Shown here: piece by piece, positions 47,404 through 56,709 of the stretch
Layout of the letters: each line of letters begins with the position of its first letter
Numbering within the stretch: the stretch's first letter is position 1
Assembly (NCBI GenBank): GCA_964427615.1
Contig: CAYRUR010000002.1
Span: forward strand, 17,847 to 81,846
DNA: 64,000 bases
Direction of reading: 5' to 3'
Origin: an uncultured Gammaproteobacteria bacterium
Lineage (GTDB): Bacteria; Patescibacteriota; Microgenomatia; Levybacterales; GWA1-39-11
Program-made: the position numbers and the translations under genes
The notes under the pieces: generated by a model
Told to the model about the DNA's origin: nothing
Databases searched by the model: none
What the model saw: the letters and a program-made list of their open reading frames with translations, nothing else

Positions 47404-47694
47404 ATGAAAGCAGGAATACATCCAAAATACAATACAGAAGCGCAAGTTGTTTGCTCTTGTGGCAATATGTTTACTGTGGGTTCCACCCAAGATACTATTC
47501 ATGTTGAGCTTTGCGACAGGTGCCATCCTTTTTATACAGGTCAACAAAAATTTGTAGACACTGCTTCACGTATTGAGAAATTCCAAAAGAAAGCACAAGC
47601 TGCTCGCCCAATCGTGAAGAAAAAAGAAGAAAAAACAACAGAGCCTTCAAAACCTCTGACCCTCCGCGAGATGCTGCAAGGTCTTAAAAAATAA
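47404..47694 (+). CDS. rpmE: 50S ribosomal protein L31
   Basis: MKAGIHPKY...C..C...C..CHPFYTG is the L31 zinc-ribbon signature. ORF-track start 47395 is a TTG. Confidence 0.85.
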   Translation: MKAGIHPKYNTEAQVVCSCGNMFTVGSTQDTIHVELCDRCHPFYTGQQKFVDTASRIEKFQKKAQAARPIVKKKEEKTTEPSKPLTLREMLQGLKK

Positions 47695-47732
47695 CCGTAT
47701 CTCCCTATACATCACCTAAAGAGGGGCTTTCT

Positions 47733-48659
47733 ATGGAAAATAATCCTATTGCGCTACAGATAAAAGAAATTGATGAAAAAATACAAGAGGCACAACTCCT
47801 GTTACAAGACCCAGAGCTTGCTACCCTTGCTCAGGAAGAGCTGGCGAGTCTAAAAATACAAAAAGAAGGACTAGAAAAAGCGCTATCAGAATACAATACT
47901 TCATATGATCAAGGAGGTAAAAGCTCAGCAGGAGCTACCCTAGACCGAAAAAATGCTATTATTGAAGTAAAAGGTGCTGCCGGAGGAGATGAAGCAAAAA
48001 TTTGGGCAAAAGAATTACTGCGCATGTACACTCGCTATGCTGAAATTCACCATTTAAGATGCGAGATGTTAGATGAAAATACAATCAAAGTAATCGGAAA
48101 AGACGCCTTTAAAACATTTAAATACGAAGCTGGAGTACATCGGGTACAGCGTGTTCCGGACACTGAAAAACGCGGGAGAGTGCACACCTCCACCGCCATT
48201 GTATCTATTTTGCCAGAACTGGAAGACATAGATCTACATATCAGAAGTGAAGATATAGAATTTGAAGCATTCCGTGCAGGAGGACACGGAGGCCAAAACG
48301 TCAATAAAGTATCAACCGCAGTCAGACTCAAACATATTCCCACCGGTCTTGTCGTAACCTGTCAAAATGAGCGTTCTCAAAATCAAAATAGAGAGCTTGC
48401 TATGCAAGTCTTACGTGCTAAATTATGGGAGATGGAAATTGAAAAAAGAAATGAGATGGTCTCAGAGCTCAAGTCAACACAGGTAGGAAAAGGGATGCGC
48501 TCAGAAAAAATCAGAACATATAATTTCCCCCAAAGTAGAATAACAGATCATCGTATCAATACTTCTTATCACAATTTAGAAGAAGTTCTGGCTGGAAGTA
48601 TGGATAAAATGATTGAAGATTTACAAACGCACGAAAAAGAACAAGAAGAGAATGCCTAA
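47733..48659 (+). CDS. prfA: peptide chain release factor, RF1-like (N-terminally short, 308 aa)
   Basis: GGQ motif ([16 protein letters not shown]). Codon-recognition tripeptide region '[17 protein letters not shown]' aligns to the RF1 PxT motif, not the RF2 SPF motif. Confidence 0.7.
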   Translation: MENNPIALQIKEIDEKIQEAQLLLQDPELATLAQEELASLKIQKEGLEKALSEYNTSYDQGGKSSAGATLDRKNAIIEVKGAAGGDEAKIWAKELLRMYTRYAEIHHLRCEMLDENTIKVIGKDAFKTFKYEAGVHRVQRVPDTEKRGRVHTSTAIVSILPELEDIDLHIRSEDIEFEAFRAGGHGGQNVNKVSTAVRLKHIPTGLVVTCQNERSQNQNRELAMQVLRAKLWEMEIEKRNEMVSELKSTQVGKGMRSEKIRTYNFPQSRITDHRINTSYHNLEEVLAGSMDKMIEDLQTHEKEQEENA

Positions 48660-49315
48660 CGCACCTCTACTTTTACTGCTCCCACATTCTGACAACTAGT
48701 AAGCTGTTTCCATTCACCATCATATTTTGCTTTTTCATCAAATAATTCTTTCAAAGGATTGCCACTTTTTTTCTGATACATATATAAACTGCCATCCCAC
48801 ATACACATTACATCTCCAGGCCGAAATTGTCCATATACTCCTTGTAATTGATAAGAAGCAGCAACCACATATCCTGATTCAGAGGGCATATAGTAAAAAT
48901 CTTTAGTAGATGATCCTTTATATACTGCTCTTATAGCCCCTGTATACTCTCCTTTTCCTTCAATAATGTCAGCAACTGACAAAGACGTTATCGGATATTC
49001 TTTCGTGTAATAAACGGTGTACCAATTAGAATTAGGTACCTCCAAATGTACCGAAAGACCTTGACCTTTCTGGATAACAGAAGATTGTAACGTGACATTA
49101 ACAGTAGGAGGATTTGAGAAATCAACAACTTCCTGAGATGCTCGAGAGACTTGTTGATTTTGGTTACTGACTAAAAATAACGTAACAGGCAAAGACAACA
49201 GCATCAGCAGTGTTGTAGCATAAAAAAATGTCGTACCCGCACTCCCTTTCTGATTTTTAAAATAACTACTTCTATCTTCTAAAATAGATGTACAATTTTT
49301 GATAAAGCCAATCAT
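48656..49315 (-). CDS. membrane-anchored hypothetical protein
   Basis: 219 aa. N-terminal TM ([22 protein letters not shown]). Confidence 0.5.
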   Translation of the reverse strand: MIGFIKNCTSILEDRSSYFKNQKGSAGTTFFYATTLLMLLSLPVTLFLVSNQNQQVSRASQEVVDFSNPPTVNVTLQSSVIQKGQGLSVHLEVPNSNWYTVYYTKEYPITSLSVADIIEGKGEYTGAIRAVYKGSSTKDFYYMPSESGYVVAASYQLQGVYGQFRPGDVMCMWDGSLYMYQKKSGNPLKELFDEKAKYDGEWKQLTSCQNVGAVKVEVR

Positions 49316-49384
49316 TATAAGGACGTCTCTGCTTTAATCAAATCACTTCCACTTTAAAAAGTCAAGAAAGATGAGATCCTTGAA

Positions 49385-49635
49385 TAGTAAATTCTAAACT
49401 CTAAATTCGAAATTCTAAAGAATATTGTCATCGCGAAGGAACTTTAATTCCTGTGACGATCTCTTTATTATCAGGGGATTGCTTCGCTTACACTCGCAAT
49501 GACGTTTTTGTTTACTGCCCTCTGCTTTCTGTTCTCTGCTTACTGTCTTCTTATTCCTGAATCTTAAATCATAAATCATGAATCATATTCATAATTCGTA
49601 ATTCTTACTTCTTAATTCTAATTCTTAAACGCTCT
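49385..49635. repeat. composite intergenic word-repeat element containing the hairpin element 49426-49504
   Basis: attctaaactctaaattcgaaattctaaag + GTCAT element + tttactgccctctgctttctgttctctgcttactg + cttaaatcataaatcatgaatc + cataattcgtaattcttacttcttaattctaattc. Confidence 0.6.
49426..49504. repeat. MITE-like element TGTCATCGCGAAG...GGGGATTGCTTCG...CTCGCAATGACG (second copy)
   Basis: Conserved blocks shared with 21842-21928 (terminal inverted repeats, gtgacgatctcttt, aggggattgcttcg). Confidence 0.55.
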
Positions 49636-49638
49636 ACG

Positions 49639-50565
49639 CTATTCACTAAGTGTTTCCTTAATAACTTCAATAATTTGAGTAAGAGAAAGTTTGGTAGGCA
49701 CAGAGGTAGGATTTTTAGAACTACCGTTCAGAAGCATTTTCTTTGATACGTGCAAAAACCAAGAAGCATCAGGATCCATTTTTCTTATTGCTTTGTACGC
49801 AGGTGTCAGGTCAATATCTGCTACTTTTCCCGCCTTGTCCTCATATTTTTTTCGAGGTTCAGGACGTGCTTTAATACGCACAAACCCCAAACGAGGGTCT
49901 TTGCGTACTACCAAAACATACCCTTTTAGTTGTGCCAATTTGAGAAGTGCATCCTGTACTGATTCTACTCCCACTGCCTTTCCATAAGGCGTATCAAAGG
50001 GAATTGCTTTCTCCTCTAACTCCTGTTCTGCAAAAACTCTTCCCTCAAAAACAAGGAGTACTTTGTCCAAGGCAGACATCACAAATTCTACACACCCCAA
50101 ATCGTCTTGTGGATTCTCCATTTTATATCCATCTATAATACTCTCAAATTGGAAATCATAGCGATAAGAAAATGAATCAGGAAAGTATACATCCTGAAAA
50201 TGGTCAGTATCTATCACCAAATCAACAATACGCTGTAATGCTTTATACCGTGTCTCCTGTTCCTTAAAGTTTTCATGTTGTTCTGCAACATAATCAAGTG
50301 TTCGTTTGGCAGCACACACTTCTCTATCACTGGTCTGATGATGATCCAAAGGTCCCATACCGGTATCTACCGTAATAATTTTTTTATCTCCTATTTCTTG
50401 AATTACCTGGTCTATCCCTTCCTCAGTTCCTAACATCCTTCCCCCTGCAGGGACAAATTCAATAATTGCATCTTGCCAATCTGGAAGAAATCGCTTTATG
50501 AGCCAAACAGAAGTAATTGCATCTAAATCAGGAGCACTGTGAGCAACGATGATTTTCATAAGCAT
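49639..50565 (-). CDS. DHH-family phosphoesterase (NrnA-like nanoRNase / pAp phosphatase)
   Basis: AHSAPDLDAITS and DHHQ motifs. DHH plus DHHA1-like architecture. Confidence 0.75.
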   Translation of the reverse strand: MLMKIIVAHSAPDLDAITSVWLIKRFLPDWQDAIIEFVPAGGRMLGTEEGIDQVIQEIGDKKIITVDTGMGPLDHHQTSDREVCAAKRTLDYVAEQHENFKEQETRYKALQRIVDLVIDTDHFQDVYFPDSFSYRYDFQFESIIDGYKMENPQDDLGCVEFVMSALDKVLLVFEGRVFAEQELEEKAIPFDTPYGKAVGVESVQDALLKLAQLKGYVLVVRKDPRLGFVRIKARPEPRKKYEDKAGKVADIDLTPAYKAIRKMDPDASWFLHVSKKMLLNGSSKNPTSVPTKLSLTQIIEVIKETLSE

Positions 50566-50624
50566 TAGTATACCATACTTTCCTCACCTCACCTTATCCT
50601 TGACTTTCTAAAATAATTTAACCT

Positions 50625-51044
50625 ATGATTAAAGAAGATATGGATGGAAAGCGCAACCTAAAACCAGAACTCAAAGAGATTTATGACAGGGTCATGAACA
50701 CAAAAGTAAAGCCTGGTACTCCAAAAGAAAATCCTCCCACTTCCTCCCCTGAAAAAGTGACAGCAACAGAAAATACAACTCCTACTACCCCACCACTAGC
50801 AACACAATCAGCTCCCACACCAACTGAAAGCCAACCACCCGTACAAAAAGACGCTGCTCCTGCTGATAAACATCTTCCTGCTGACAAACCATTCACCTAC
50901 TCCAGCAAAGACGCAAAAGATGGTAAAAAGACTACTACTATTTTAGGTATCAATAAAAGCCTTTTTATCGGACTTACCATTATTTTTATTATTGCCTGGA
51001 TTCTTGGATGGGGAGTCTTCTTTGGCGTTATTCCTCTTTTATAA
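50625..51044 (+). CDS. Pro/Thr-rich protein with C-terminal TM anchor
   Basis: 139 aa, low-complexity PT-rich. C-terminal hydrophobic helix. Confidence 0.45.
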   Translation: MIKEDMDGKRNLKPELKEIYDRVMNTKVKPGTPKENPPTSSPEKVTATENTTPTTPPLATQSAPTPTESQPPVQKDAAPADKHLPADKPFTYSSKDAKDGKKTTTILGINKSLFIGLTIIFIIAWILGWGVFFGVIPLL

Positions 51045-51068
51045 GGTATTTTCAGCTCAAACACGCAC

Positions 51069-52511
51069 CTAATAGGCTTGTGCAAAAAGCCATCTGTGTT
51101 TTGCTTCTTTCCTGCAATACACGCAAGCTCCTTTTTCCTCTTTTGCATTGAGAGGTAAACACCGAGTAGTTGCCTTCGTCTCTTCCTTTATCTTTTTTTC
51201 ACACACTGGGTCTTCACACCAGAATGCTAGTAAAAATCCTCTGGTTGTACTCATCACTTCTTTAAATTCTTCATATGAATTAATAACTCGAGTATTTTCC
51301 TCTGTAAACTTTTTTGACTTTTCAAATAAGTTTCTTTGGATTTTTCCAAGTGTATCAGCAACAAAAGTGGCAAGGTTTTCTAATGCGACGCTCTCTTTTT
51401 CTGATGTGTCGCGACGGTACACTGTTACTGATTTGTTTTCCATCTCCCTTGCACCCAACTCTATGCGTATTGGTACTCCTTTTAAATCCCATTCGTTAAA
51501 TTTGTACCCTGGAGAGTGTCTATCATCGTTATCTATCAACACTGCATCTTTCTCTAATCCAAGGCTTTCCTTAACTTTATGTGCATATGAAGCAATTTCC
51601 TCACCCTGATCTCCTTTTGCAATTGGGACAATAACAACTTTATACTCTGCCATATGGGGCGGAATTACTAACCCTTTATCATCACCATGCACCATAATAA
51701 GTGCTCCTAAAGATCTGGTTGAAAGTCCCCAGGAAGTTTGCCAACCGTACTGAGTATCTCCTTTTTCATCTTGAAATGTTACCCCAAAAGCTTTAGCAAA
51801 ATTCTGACCCAAGTCATGTGAAGTACAGCCTTGTAAAGCTTTTCCATCTGGCATCAGCATTTCATACGTATAAGTCACATCAGCACCTGCAAATTTTTCA
51901 GACTCAGATTTTCTTCCCGCAATACCATAAATTGCATATTCTTTCTGATACAAATCAATATATGCCTGTAGTGCCTCATCCACCGTTTTTTGTGCATCCG
52001 CGTGTGTTGCATGCACTGTATGTCCTTCCTGCCACAAAAACTCAGTATTACGCAAAAATGGATAAGGACGCAGCTCCCATCTGACTACATTTGCCCATTG
52101 ATTTATTTTCATAGGCAAATCCCTGTAAGAAGAAATCCAGCGTGCAAATGCATCATTGATAATGGTTTCAGAAGTTGGTCTTACCACAAGCGGCTCTGTT
52201 AACTCTTCTCCTCCACCCACTGTTACCACTGCTAGCTCAGGAGAAAACCCTTCTACATGATTTTTTTCTTTTGCTAAAAAACTTTCAGGAATAAAAAGAG
52301 GAAAGTACACATTGGAAGCGCCAATATCATGCTTTATCTTCTCATTAAGATACTGTTGTGCTTTCTCCCACAAAGCGTACCCATAAGGACGGAAAATAAT
52401 AGTTCCTCGTACTGGCCCATAATCTGCCAGCTCTGCTTTTAATACAACATCAATATACCACTCTGAAATGTTGTCTGATTTTTTACTAATGGCTTTTACA
52501 TCTTTTCCCAT
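51069..52511 (-). CDS. proS: proline--tRNA ligase (archaeal/eukaryotic-type ProRS)
   Basis: 480 aa. Class II core with a C-terminal Zn-binding domain and no INS editing domain. Confidence 0.85.
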   Translation of the reverse strand: MGKDVKAISKKSDNISEWYIDVVLKAELADYGPVRGTIIFRPYGYALWEKAQQYLNEKIKHDIGASNVYFPLFIPESFLAKEKNHVEGFSPELAVVTVGGGEELTEPLVVRPTSETIINDAFARWISSYRDLPMKINQWANVVRWELRPYPFLRNTEFLWQEGHTVHATHADAQKTVDEALQAYIDLYQKEYAIYGIAGRKSESEKFAGADVTYTYEMLMPDGKALQGCTSHDLGQNFAKAFGVTFQDEKGDTQYGWQTSWGLSTRSLGALIMVHGDDKGLVIPPHMAEYKVVIVPIAKGDQGEEIASYAHKVKESLGLEKDAVLIDNDDRHSPGYKFNEWDLKGVPIRIELGAREMENKSVTVYRRDTSEKESVALENLATFVADTLGKIQRNLFEKSKKFTEENTRVINSYEEFKEVMSTTRGFLLAFWCEDPVCEKKIKEETKATTRCLPLNAKEEKGACVYCRKEAKHRWLFAQAY

Positions 52512-52562
52512 ATGGCAAAATTATAACCAAAGACTACCTGACAAGCAACAAACAAAGAGGTG

Positions 52563-53480
52563 TTAGATACTTTCAGCATTCCATTCTCGAATGGCTGATG
52601 CAATTCTAGGAGCAAGCGTTATCACTTTCAGCTTTTCAAATTGTTTTTCCTTTGGTACTGCAATTGCATCAGTAACAAATACTGCATCAACAGCTGATGC
52701 TTGTAATATCTTTGAAGCATCAGCAGCCAAAAGAGGATGGGTTGCCATGACATATACCTTTTCAGCACCTTGTACTCGCAATGCGTCTACTGCCTGTACT
52801 ACCGTCTTCCCAGTAGAAATAATATCATCAACAATAAAACAAATTGGTCTAACCGTACCTTTTACTTCTGCAACTTGTATCTCTCCTGTCTCATAGTCTC
52901 TGTCTTTATTCACAATAACTTGTTCTACTCCACCCAACTCCCCAGATAACAAATCAAGTCTTCTAATCCCACCCATATCAGGAGACACAATGGATACTTT
53001 TTCCAAATCAGGCTCTATTTCTTTTATTTTGGCAGCAAAAAGAGGAACTGCGGTATCTGCTTTTACCGGAATAGAGAAAAGCTCTGGAATTTTAATAGAA
53101 TGAGGATCTACTATCCAAATCCTTGAAAGCCCTACTCCTTCAATAGTCTTGATAATTACCTCCAAAGGCACTGCCTCGCCAGAACGAAAGATATGATCAG
53201 CTCGCATATACCCCATGTAAGGTACAATTCCCGTAACAGAACGTGCGCCTTTATTGATAAAAGCATTGATAAGAAAAGCAAATTCTAAAATATTTTCCTC
53301 AACAGGATCAGCAAGTGATTTTATAAGGTAAATATCCTCACCTAATACTTCTTCCAAAACTCTGACTCGTTTTTCTTTATCAGGAAAAATATGAATTTCA
53401 GGATAAAACAGGGGAACACTTAGTGCACGAGCCACCTTTTCTGATAACTCTTTATGGTGTAAATCGCCATATAACTTCAT
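52563..53480 (-). CDS. prs: ribose-phosphate pyrophosphokinase
   Basis: PRPP-binding motif (FIVDDIISTGKTV). 305 aa. Confidence 0.85.
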   Translation of the reverse strand: MKLYGDLHHKELSEKVARALSVPLFYPEIHIFPDKEKRVRVLEEVLGEDIYLIKSLADPVEENILEFAFLINAFINKGARSVTGIVPYMGYMRADHIFRSGEAVPLEVIIKTIEGVGLSRIWIVDPHSIKIPELFSIPVKADTAVPLFAAKIKEIEPDLEKVSIVSPDMGGIRRLDLLSGELGGVEQVIVNKDRDYETGEIQVAEVKGTVRPICFIVDDIISTGKTVVQAVDALRVQGAEKVYVMATHPLLAADASKILQASAVDAVFVTDAIAVPKEKQFEKLKVITLAPRIASAIREWNAESI

Positions 53481-53559
53481 AGGCTACAAGCGTCTAGCGC
53501 ATACATCCTCAAGCGTTTTAATAAAAGGATTACTAGACGCTTTTCCAACTAAAAAACGC

Positions 53560-53841
53560 TTATTTTCCTCCGAGAAGTCCTTGTAGTCCTCCTCCCATTT
53601 CCTGCATCTTTTGTGCAGATTTTTTCTGAGCTTTTTCAATTGCGTCATTAACTGCATCTCTGATGTCCATAGCCTCTTCATCATTGATTTTAAGACTCTT
53701 TACCTTCATGTCTCCGCTCATCACAATCTTTACTCTTCCCTGCTCGCTGGTTACTTCAATTTTAGCAAGCTCTTTCTGGACTTTCATTGCCTCATCTCGC
53801 AATTTTTTGAGATCGCTAACGCCTTTTAATGGATTAAACAT
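53560..53841 (-). CDS. ybaB: YbaB/EbfC nucleoid-associated protein
   Basis: 93 aa. Characteristic YbaB sequence, downstream of dnaX. Confidence 0.85.
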   Translation of the reverse strand: MFNPLKGVSDLKKLRDEAMKVQKELAKIEVTSEQGRVKIVMSGDMKVKSLKINDEEAMDIRDAVNDAIEKAQKKSAQKMQEMGGGLQGLLGGK

Positions 53842-54029
53842 ATAAAAATCACCTCCTTACCTTGAATAACCCCATTATAACAACATTTTGTATTATTTGT
53901 CGAAGGGTGAGATGAGAGATGGTGAACGGGTTGGAAAAAAAGTTTATAAAGTAATTAGGAAAAAATAAACAGATATTTAGAATTTAACTTGCCAATAAAA
54001 TCTTAAAACTTTTAATTTTTGAGTTGTAC

Positions 54030-54185
54030 TTCGATACACTCAGCATCCTGAGCTTGTCGAATGGATACTTTTGCATTTTGCCTTTTGACTCCGATGGAAT
54101 CGAGAGTCATCCTCGATATTATCGGGATTGAGTTTTAACTTTCTTTCCATACTTGATTCTTACTTCTTAATACTTAATACTAACT
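54030..54185. repeat. composite intergenic repeat (small hairpins + reverse-oriented aagtattaagtattaagaagtaag module)
   Basis: ctcagcatcctgag and cgagagtcatcctcg hairpins. Ends 'ccatacttgattcttacttcttaatacttaatac'. Confidence 0.45.
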
Positions 54186-55595
54186 CCCTACTTTCACCTG
54201 CAATGTAACACTTTTGCCAATAATTGCTGAGGCGCATTTCTCAATAACTTTACGTGCCTTTTCTTCTGAAAGTTTGTCCCCATGAAATTTATAGGCTGTA
54301 GAAACAGTCAAAGCACTATCTCCCACTTCCACCAGACTACATCCTCGCAAAATTCCAGCAATAGAATGATTTTCTTGTTTTACACTATCTATGAGCTTTC
54401 CAAAAAGCTCTGCATTTCCTACTGAAACGGTCACCTGCTGTTTTTTAGGAGAAGCAGAAATAGTTGCTTGTGTTTTTTGCTCTGGCACTTCTTGTTTTAC
54501 TTCTTGCTTGATAGATACCTCTTCTTCTCCAAAACTCCATTTTATAATTGCTAGCTCAAGTGGCAGTTGAGGAATAACAGAAAACTTTATATCTTTATAT
54601 GCTTGATTAAATAATGTCAGCAGCTGCTCAAGTGATGAGGCTGAAAATGAAAGATCAGATGCCTTTTTTTCAAGACCTGCTTTTGCCATTAATAGCTCCC
54701 GCAAGCTTTCCACTACTCTTTCATTTACAATTTTAAAATCCACTCCCATACCTGAAAGCTCCTGGATAATTTCCAGTCCTTTCTTCCCATCTTTGCTGGC
54801 CAGAGCAATAATAAGCTCTTTTACCTGCGTATCAATACTCTCTGCTTTGTAAAGGGATTCAACAGTCTCAAGTGTTATCTTTTTACTCTCACCTGCTGCA
54901 AGTGCAAGTTCTTCCAAAACTTTCATCCCATCTCGAAATGAACCTTCTGCTAACACATATATTTTTTCAAGCACTGCATCCTCTATTTGCAGACCCTCTC
55001 CTTTTGCTGCTCGCATCACAGAACGGATAATTTCTTCTTTGGTAGGCTGTTCAAATGCAATGTGAAAGGTTCTGGAAATAATAGTTGGCAACACTTTCCA
55101 AACTTCTGTAGTACAAAGAATAAATACAACGTGGCTAGGTGGTTCCTCAAGTGTCTTGAGGAGTGCATTAAATGCCTCATTCGTAAGCATGTGGACCTCA
55201 TCAATGATATATACTTTTTTAGATAAAGATGAAGGAGCAAATTTTACCCGTTCTCGCAGTCCGCGTATTTCATCCACTCCTCTATTTGAAGCCGCATCAA
55301 TTTCTAATACATCAACATTTGATCCATTGGTAATAGAAATACATGCCTGACAAGTATTACAAGGTTCTATTGCCCCATTGTCTACTTGTTTTTTTCCACC
55401 TTCTGACTTTTTTTCGCAATTGATTGCTTTTGCTAAAATGCGTGCTGCAGATGTTTTTCCAAGTCCTCTGGAACCAGTAAAAAGAAACGCATGAGGAATT
55501 TCACCGCTTTTAAGAATTGCTAAAAGACGCTCTCGTACAGTAGTAAGATCTAAATCAGAGATTGTTTGAGATCGGTATTTTCTATAGAAAACCAT
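54180..55595 (-). CDS. dnaX: DNA polymerase III subunit gamma/tau
   Basis: GSRGLGKTSAARILAK Walker A. Zn module CNTCQAC. SRC motif. Confidence 0.9.
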   Translation of the reverse strand: MVFYRKYRSQTISDLDLTTVRERLLAILKSGEIPHAFLFTGSRGLGKTSAARILAKAINCEKKSEGGKKQVDNGAIEPCNTCQACISITNGSNVDVLEIDAASNRGVDEIRGLRERVKFAPSSLSKKVYIIDEVHMLTNEAFNALLKTLEEPPSHVVFILCTTEVWKVLPTIISRTFHIAFEQPTKEEIIRSVMRAAKGEGLQIEDAVLEKIYVLAEGSFRDGMKVLEELALAAGESKKITLETVESLYKAESIDTQVKELIIALASKDGKKGLEIIQELSGMGVDFKIVNERVVESLRELLMAKAGLEKKASDLSFSASSLEQLLTLFNQAYKDIKFSVIPQLPLELAIIKWSFGEEEVSIKQEVKQEVPEQKTQATISASPKKQQVTVSVGNAELFGKLIDSVKQENHSIAGILRGCSLVEVGDSALTVSTAYKFHGDKLSEEKARKVIEKCASAIIGKSVTLQVKVGS

Positions 55596-55642
55596 AAAAA
55601 TAAAATACTAAATCCTAATACCTAAATTCTAAATTATTTTAA

Positions 55643-56011
55643 TTAAGAATCAAGTTTTTTAATTATTGTTGCAAAAATTCTCATAAGTTCATTAGCTTCC
55701 TGAATCAGTCTTTCTTTTTCTGTTTTTAAGTCATCAGAAACAACTAACAATTTCAGCCAATATATAGTCTCTTTTGCTTCTTTTTTACATATCCTCACCC
55801 TGTGAATAAGATCTTTCCTACTTATTGCGTCGTTAGCCTCTATATAATTTGCTCCTATTGAACCTGAAGAACGCATAAGTTGCTGCATATCACTTACCAG
55901 CAATGAAGAAGTTTTAATTTTTCTAAGAAAGGATCTTATGGATTGAGCAAACAAAAAAGTTCTATCTTCTAAATCATAGTTATTATCAGTCTTTTTTTGC
56001 ATTAATTCCAA
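55643..56011 (-). CDS. four-helix-bundle protein (23S rRNA intervening-sequence protein family), free-standing
   Basis: 122 aa. Matches the TIGR02436-like four-helix-bundle family (…GANYIEAND…KETIYWLKLL). Confidence 0.6.
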   Translation of the reverse strand: MELMQKKTDNNYDLEDRTFLFAQSIRSFLRKIKTSSLLVSDMQQLMRSSGSIGANYIEANDAISRKDLIHRVRICKKEAKETIYWLKLLVVSDDLKTEKERLIQEANELMRIFATIIKKLDS

Positions 56012-56045
56012 CTTTAGAATTTAGTGTTTAGAATTTAGAATTTTC

Positions 56046-56435
56046 CTAATCATGATGATGGCCTAACAGGTGCATGAGTCCGTGCTCAACTAATTCAGCG
56101 ACTCTATCATCTATCAGCATTTCCATTTCTGCTGCTTCATGCACCACAAAAGGATAGGAAATTACTACATCTCCTAAAATAAGCGTATCTTTTGGCAGAA
56201 CAGCTGCTTCTCCTTCAATTTGAGAAAAAGAAAGAACATTCGTAGTCTTATCAAGGTTGCGGTACTGCCTATTGAGTTGTCTCATCTTACGATCTCCAAC
56301 AACAGCAATAGAAACCTCAACAGGTCCTACCATACCGTTTTTCTTCAAAACTTCTTCTACTGTCTTCTTGATGCGCTTACGATCTACTTTGTATCTGCTT
56401 TCGACGAAAATGGGGACAGAAATAGTATTATCCAT
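56046..56435 (-). CDS. ybeY: rRNA maturation RNase YbeY
   Basis: HGLMHLLGHHHD is the YbeY H3xH5xH metal motif. Confidence 0.9.
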   Translation of the reverse strand: MDNTISVPIFVESRYKVDRKRIKKTVEEVLKKNGMVGPVEVSIAVVGDRKMRQLNRQYRNLDKTTNVLSFSQIEGEAAVLPKDTLILGDVVISYPFVVHEAAEMEMLIDDRVAELVEHGLMHLLGHHHD

Positions 56436-56613
56436 GGTATTGCTTTGCCATTTTTCTTGCGAGTTCTTTCTTGAATTTTTTAGCCAGTGATGGCTTAAGG
56501 TAAAATTCTCTCTTTTTCATTTCATGAATAATCCCCTCGCTCATAACTTTGCGAGAAAATTTTCGAATCAAAGCATCTTGTGAATCACCTGGTTGTTTTT
56601 TAACAAAAACCAT
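56428..56613 (-). CDS. rpsU: 30S ribosomal protein S21
   Basis: The internal ATG gives MVFVKKQPGDSQDALIRKFSRKV...REFYLKPS..., which is S21-like. The ORF-track N-terminal extension (to 56703) is hydrophobic junk. Confidence 0.7.
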   Translation of the reverse strand: MVFVKKQPGDSQDALIRKFSRKVMSEGIIHEMKKREFYLKPSLAKKFKKELARKMAKQYHG

Positions 56614-56709
56614 AAAAAAGCACCCCCTTTCATACCTCCTTTTAAAAAAGAAGTTATATACTGTACCAATTATATTACAAAAGAGGAGAAAAAGAAAATC
56701 CAAAAATAC

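Noticed and set aside
53484-53684. 66-aa minus-strand ORF overlapping ybaB in another frame
   Set aside because: It overlaps the well-supported YbaB CDS (53560..53841), and its translation is Lys/Arg-rich junk.
56428-56703. ORF-track 91-aa version of the S21 gene with a 30-aa hydrophobic N-terminal extension
   Set aside because: The extension (MDFLFLLFCNIIGTVYNFFFKRRYERGCFF) is not S21-like. The internal ATG gives a canonical 61-aa S21.
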